DNA from: an uncultured virus (IMG/VR IMGVR_UViG_3300025070_000023)
Lineage: Duplodnaviria > Heunggongvirae > Uroviricota > Caudoviricetes
Strand: one strand, 5' to 3'
DNA length: 27,196 bases
IMG/VR virus record: IMGVR_UViG_3300025070_000023
Shown here: positions 23,451-27,196 of the stretch, one piece after another
Position numbering within the stretch: position 1 is the first letter of the stretch
How the letters are laid out: every line of letters begins with the position of its first letter
Position numbers and translations under genes: made by a program
The notes under the pieces: generated by a model
What the model saw: only the letters and a program-made list of their open reading frames with translations
Told to the model about the DNA's origin: nothing
The model's database searches: none

Positions 23451-23936
23451 ATGATAGAAGAAGAAAATTTTATAGAGACAGAAAGAGCAATTACAGACAT
23501 AAATTGCGTCACGAATCTTTCTTGGAAATTTATGGGTGAACATTTGTATAATGTACAAATCCATTTTGATAGAGAAGAAGATTTTGTAACACAAGTTATG
23601 ACGAAAGAAAAACTACATTCACTTAAAGTCAAATTTAAGAGAAAAAGCCCCAAGACTAAACTAGTAGATAGACCAAAATCTAGTGCTAGTTTTACAACTA
23701 CTAGGCTATATTTCGATAGAAAAATAATAGAAAATGTTAGAATTAAAGATGGCTTTATTTTAACTAATACTAGAGTTGCAGACTTGTCGGCAATACAATT
23801 TATCACTTGGGTTCAAGATGAATTTAGTGATAATTTAATGGTTAAGTTACACACCATTGGTAAATTCATAAAGGTGTATCTAAAAAGCAAAGAAGAAATA
23901 GATGAAATAATAGAATTATGGAAAATGTATAGGTGA
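23451..23936 (+). CDS. Hypothetical protein, apparently two related small beta domains
   Basis: DINCVTNLSW...VQIHF resembles DLSAIQFITW...VKLHT. Confidence 0.7.
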   Translation: MIEEENFIETERAITDINCVTNLSWKFMGEHLYNVQIHFDREEDFVTQVMTKEKLHSLKVKFKRKSPKTKLVDRPKSSASFTTTRLYFDRKIIENVRIKDGFILTNTRVADLSAIQFITWVQDEFSDNLMVKLHTIGKFIKVYLKSKEEIDEIIELWKMYR

Positions 23937-23941
23937 TATAT

Positions 23942-24760
23942 ATGGGATTAACAAATAATATAAATAAAGAAATGATAGAAACAGCAGGAAATAACAGAAG
24001 AGTAGAGGCGTTTAGAGACAAACTAAAAACCCAAACAGAAGGTAGACTACAAAGAAATAGTCGCCTAGTATGCGGTATTTGGGGAGAACCTAAAACAGTC
24101 AAGAGTGGATTAGCATTAGACTTTCCCGATAAGAAAATTTATGTTTTAGATTGGGATGATGGTTGCGAACCAACATGGAGACAAAACCATGAAATGACTG
24201 ACAGGATTACTTTATGGAATCCGGAAGTAAGAAACCAAAATGGCGAACTAGATATACAAAAGTCCGAAGCAAACTCCGAGGATTTTGTTTTGTTTGTAAA
24301 AGAACAAATCGAAAAGGGAGAAAATGTTTTGTTTGTATTTGATGGAGTAGACAAATGGCTAGACTGTTGCACACTTCATGTTACAGGAAGTTCTAAGATT
24401 GGTAAGCCACAGAAAATGAAGTTTGAGTGGGGTAAAAGAAATGCACCATTTTATTCTTTATTGGCTATGTGCAAGAATCTTAATTGTGACCAAATTTACA
24501 TTACTCACGCTAAGGCTGATTATGGCGCAACAGGTGAAGTAATAGGAACAAAACCTAATTGGCACAATTGGGGAGATTTCTTACACCAAATAATCAACAC
24601 AAAAAGAATCCTAAAGAAAGGTGATGTAGCATACAAAGCGACTCTTATGAGTAGTAAAACAAATACATCCTTAGTCGGAACTTCTTGGGAAACTCTAGTT
24701 GTTGGTAGTGGCAAAGTAGAATGGAATGGAATTAAGGAATTAAGAGAGGGAGATATATGA
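23942..24760 (+). CDS. P-loop ATPase (RecA/Sak4-like AAA family), possible recombination or replication protein
   Basis: Walker A variant GIWGEPKTVKS, YVLDWDDG, Walker B FVFDG, IYITH; AGGTGA RBS. Confidence 0.75.
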   Translation: MGLTNNINKEMIETAGNNRRVEAFRDKLKTQTEGRLQRNSRLVCGIWGEPKTVKSGLALDFPDKKIYVLDWDDGCEPTWRQNHEMTDRITLWNPEVRNQNGELDIQKSEANSEDFVLFVKEQIEKGENVLFVFDGVDKWLDCCTLHVTGSSKIGKPQKMKFEWGKRNAPFYSLLAMCKNLNCDQIYITHAKADYGATGEVIGTKPNWHNWGDFLHQIINTKRILKKGDVAYKATLMSSKTNTSLVGTSWETLVVGSGKVEWNGIKELREGDI

Positions 24761-25548
24761 AATTTACAGTGGATAGTAAAATACTAAAAGAAGCAATTGA
24801 TAGCATACAAGTAAAAGGTAAATCTACAACCAACAACGGTTTTGGAAATACTAGTTTAGGTAATTATGCTCATATTATTTTGGCAGGAAATAACCTGCAA
24901 ATATGGAATGGGGATTCTACCTTTTGCGTTAAGATAAACTTAACAGTAGAAGGAGAAACAGATGGTCATTGTGTTGTTGATGTTAGTATGGTTATACCTT
25001 ACCTAAATTCTTTTGGTGAAAATACAATTGTAAATGTTGATGACTTTATGTCTTTGTCTAGTGGTAGAAAGAAGGCTTCTGTTCCTTTGATTACAAATCA
25101 TCCTAATGAACAGGCTTTAGAGACACTAAAGAATATGTTACTCCATATCAATTACACACCTAATCCAAATATATTATTTAACTTTGGTAAGTCTAAGTTT
25201 GAAGTAGCATTTACAATATCCCAAGAACAGTTGAATGATGCAATCAAAACTTGTGAACTTGTAAAAACAGGAGTCTACAAATTTGATTTTAATAAATCTA
25301 AAGAAGAACCATACACAGGAACACTTGAAGTTTCGTCTAGACAAAATGCTACAAACAAATATGATGAAATAATTACGCCAGTTTTTAGAACAGGTGATGG
25401 AGGGGCAACATTAGAATTTTCAAGCCCTATTCACAGGTTTTTCCAAAAAGGCCAAATGCTAAACATATACATGAAAGACGAATTCCCACTATTGATTGTT
25501 TCAAATGACAGACTACTATTGAAAGCACCTTTCGTTAGTGGTGATTGA
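24757..25548 (+). CDS. DNA sliding clamp (PCNA/beta-clamp-like)
   Basis: MKFTVDSKILKEAI start, repeated beta/alpha pattern, ...PLLI...LLLKAPFV end; lies between clamp loader and polymerase. Confidence 0.7.
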   Translation: MKFTVDSKILKEAIDSIQVKGKSTTNNGFGNTSLGNYAHIILAGNNLQIWNGDSTFCVKINLTVEGETDGHCVVDVSMVIPYLNSFGENTIVNVDDFMSLSSGRKKASVPLITNHPNEQALETLKNMLLHINYTPNPNILFNFGKSKFEVAFTISQEQLNDAIKTCELVKTGVYKFDFNKSKEEPYTGTLEVSSRQNATNKYDEIITPVFRTGDGGATLEFSSPIHRFFQKGQMLNIYMKDEFPLLIVSNDRLLLKAPFVSGD

Positions 25549-27196
25549 ATGATTATAAGTAGAACAAATGAAGGAGATAAGATATATCTTTCGTGGAGAG
25601 AGAATGGTAAGAAGGAACACAAGACTGTTTCCTTTGCCCCTTACTTTTATGTTGATGAAGATTCTAGAGAGCCTCCATCGTATAAAGCATCGAAATATAT
25701 TACTAGAGACTTTGAGTATGTTCGTGGTGATTGGGTAAATTTAAATGGTGATAAACTAAAGAAAGTAATAGTAGAATCATCATTTGATATTAGTAAAGCA
25801 AAGGGCATGTTCAAAAGAACCTATGAAGCCGATGTTCCTTTTCATTTTAGGTATGCAGTTGATTGTATTGATGATATGCCCGAATATGATTTAAGAAAAT
25901 GGTATTGGGATATGGAATGGCAACAAGGCGGAGAGCATCATGATAAGATTACTACTATTGTAGTGTATGATAATTATGATAAACAATATCATCAGTGGGC
26001 GTGGTTTCCTAATCACATAAATACAGGTGGAATATATTTTCATGACAAAGAAAGAGTATTTGATAATGAAAAAGATATGCTTGAAAACTTTATGACAACT
26101 ATGGTTGTAAAAGACCCCGATATGTTAATTGCATGGTTTGGTAACTTTGCTGATGTTCCTAAATTATTAGACAGGGCATGTGCTTTAGGATTAAACCCTA
26201 ACATAATGTCTCCAATTGGCACAATTAAGGGTGTTAAGAAGACCAAGAAAGGCCACAGTTTTGCTTATGCTGAAAAGGGATTCTCCCAAATAGAACAGCC
26301 CATAGGAGGCCGCATAACCCTCAATTTAGACTTGGCTTTTGAGCGACAATGGAATGATTCTCAAAGGGGTACGCTACCTTCTTTAGCACTTGATTATATT
26401 GGAGAAATAGCACTCAATAAAAAGAAATTAGTTTCTAAGAAGTTTAGCGATACAAATGAGTTCTATCGTAGAGGTTGGTTAGAAGATACAGAAACTTATC
26501 TTGAATATGCTCTAAAAGATGTAGAACTTATTGTAGAACTAGATGAAAAGAATTATTGTAGTGATGCCATTGTTTCTTTACAAAGACTACTAAAAGCACC
26601 ATTTGATGCTTGTTTTTATGCTAGCCATATGGGTTCTATTTATTTTATGAGAAATGCTTGGTGGAAAGCACCAACAGGACAAAGAGTAGAGAAAAGACAA
26701 GAATATGAAGGGGCTATGATTTACGACCCACTAAGTGAAGAAACAAATGGATTACATTTCAATGTAGCCGCTTTTGATTTTGCCGGACTATATCCTTCTA
26801 TGATGATAGCAAGAAATATATCTTGGGAAACTGTTAGCGAAGAACCAACAGCATTTGGTGTTAATATCCTAACACCTAGAGATTTTAGTGAAACAACTCA
26901 AGAACAAATGGTTTATTTCAAAACTGATAAGATGGGTTTATTGCCTAAAGCAGTATTAGAGTTGAAGGAACTTAGGAATGATTATAAAGCCAAAATGAAA
27001 GAGGCTAGAGGGAAGCCAAACGGTGAGTATATGAAATGGCATAATAATCAAATGGCAGTTAAGAGACTAATGGCATCTTTTTATGGCATTGTTGCATTTC
27101 AAGGATTTAGTTGGGCTAATGTTACTTTAGCCGCTAGTATTACTGCTAGTGCTAGAGAAGCAATTAGATTAGCCGCATTCAAGGCGAAGGAGTTGG
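25549..27196 (+). CDS. polB: Family B DNA polymerase (3' truncated by window; not in ORF track)
   Basis: Manual translation: PYFY, YEADVPF, ExoI WDMEW, ExoII AWFGNFADV, ExoIII YALKDV, YEGA, motif A FDFAGLYPSMM, motif B KRLMASFYG. Confidence 0.96.
   Translation, partial: MIISRTNEGDKIYLSWRENGKKEHKTVSFAPYFYVDEDSREPPSYKASKYITRDFEYVRGDWVNLNGDKLKKVIVESSFDISKAKGMFKRTYEADVPFHFRYAVDCIDDMPEYDLRKWYWDMEWQQGGEHHDKITTIVVYDNYDKQYHQWAWFPNHINTGGIYFHDKERVFDNEKDMLENFMTTMVVKDPDMLIAWFGNFADVPKLLDRACALGLNPNIMSPIGTIKGVKKTKKGHSFAYAEKGFSQIEQPIGGRITLNLDLAFERQWNDSQRGTLPSLALDYIGEIALNKKKLVSKKFSDTNEFYRRGWLEDTETYLEYALKDVELIVELDEKNYCSDAIVSLQRLLKAPFDACFYASHMGSIYFMRNAWWKAPTGQRVEKRQEYEGAMIYDPLSEETNGLHFNVAAFDFAGLYPSMMIARNISWETVSEEPTAFGVNILTPRDFSETTQEQMVYFKTDKMGLLPKAVLELKELRNDYKAKMKEARGKPNGEYMKWHNNQMAVKRLMASFYGIVAFQGFSWANVTLAASITASAREAIRLAAFKAKEL

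Noticed and set aside
5334..26246. All minus-strand ORFs beyond 5 kb
   Set aside because: Each overlaps a well-supported plus-strand gene, and none shows recognisable motifs

Overview
AT-rich, gene-dense fragment of a dsDNA virus of archaea. It most resembles the 'magroviruses' that infect Marine Group II Euryarchaeota (Poseidoniales); this is inferred from gene content and GGTGA ribosome-binding sites, not from a search. Left part (1-~6000): short, mostly monocistronic hypothetical genes, including three paralogs of one unknown ~160-170 aa family. These genes are separated by seven copies of a CAAAG-N-CCATATGG-N-CTTTG palindrome, often preceded by small hairpins, and followed by a non-coding ATGAG/CTCAT repeat cluster that looks like an origin. 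Middle (9.5-15.7 kb): a candidate ubiquitin-like conjugation module (GG-terminated modifier with a 2-residue extension, ThiF/E1, JAB/MPN+ peptidase, and a Cys-containing possible E2), interleaved with a TFIIB/TFB homolog and followed by GroES/GroEL. Right (16-27 kb): PC4-like protein, one clear and one possible histone-fold protein, ATP-dependent DNA ligase, LAGLIDADG-like protein, RFC large and small subunits, OB-fold SSB, P-loop ATPase, sliding clamp and family B DNA polymerase (truncated by the window edge). No structural genes, tRNA, rRNA or CRISPR array were recognised. All calls come from motifs read by eye.
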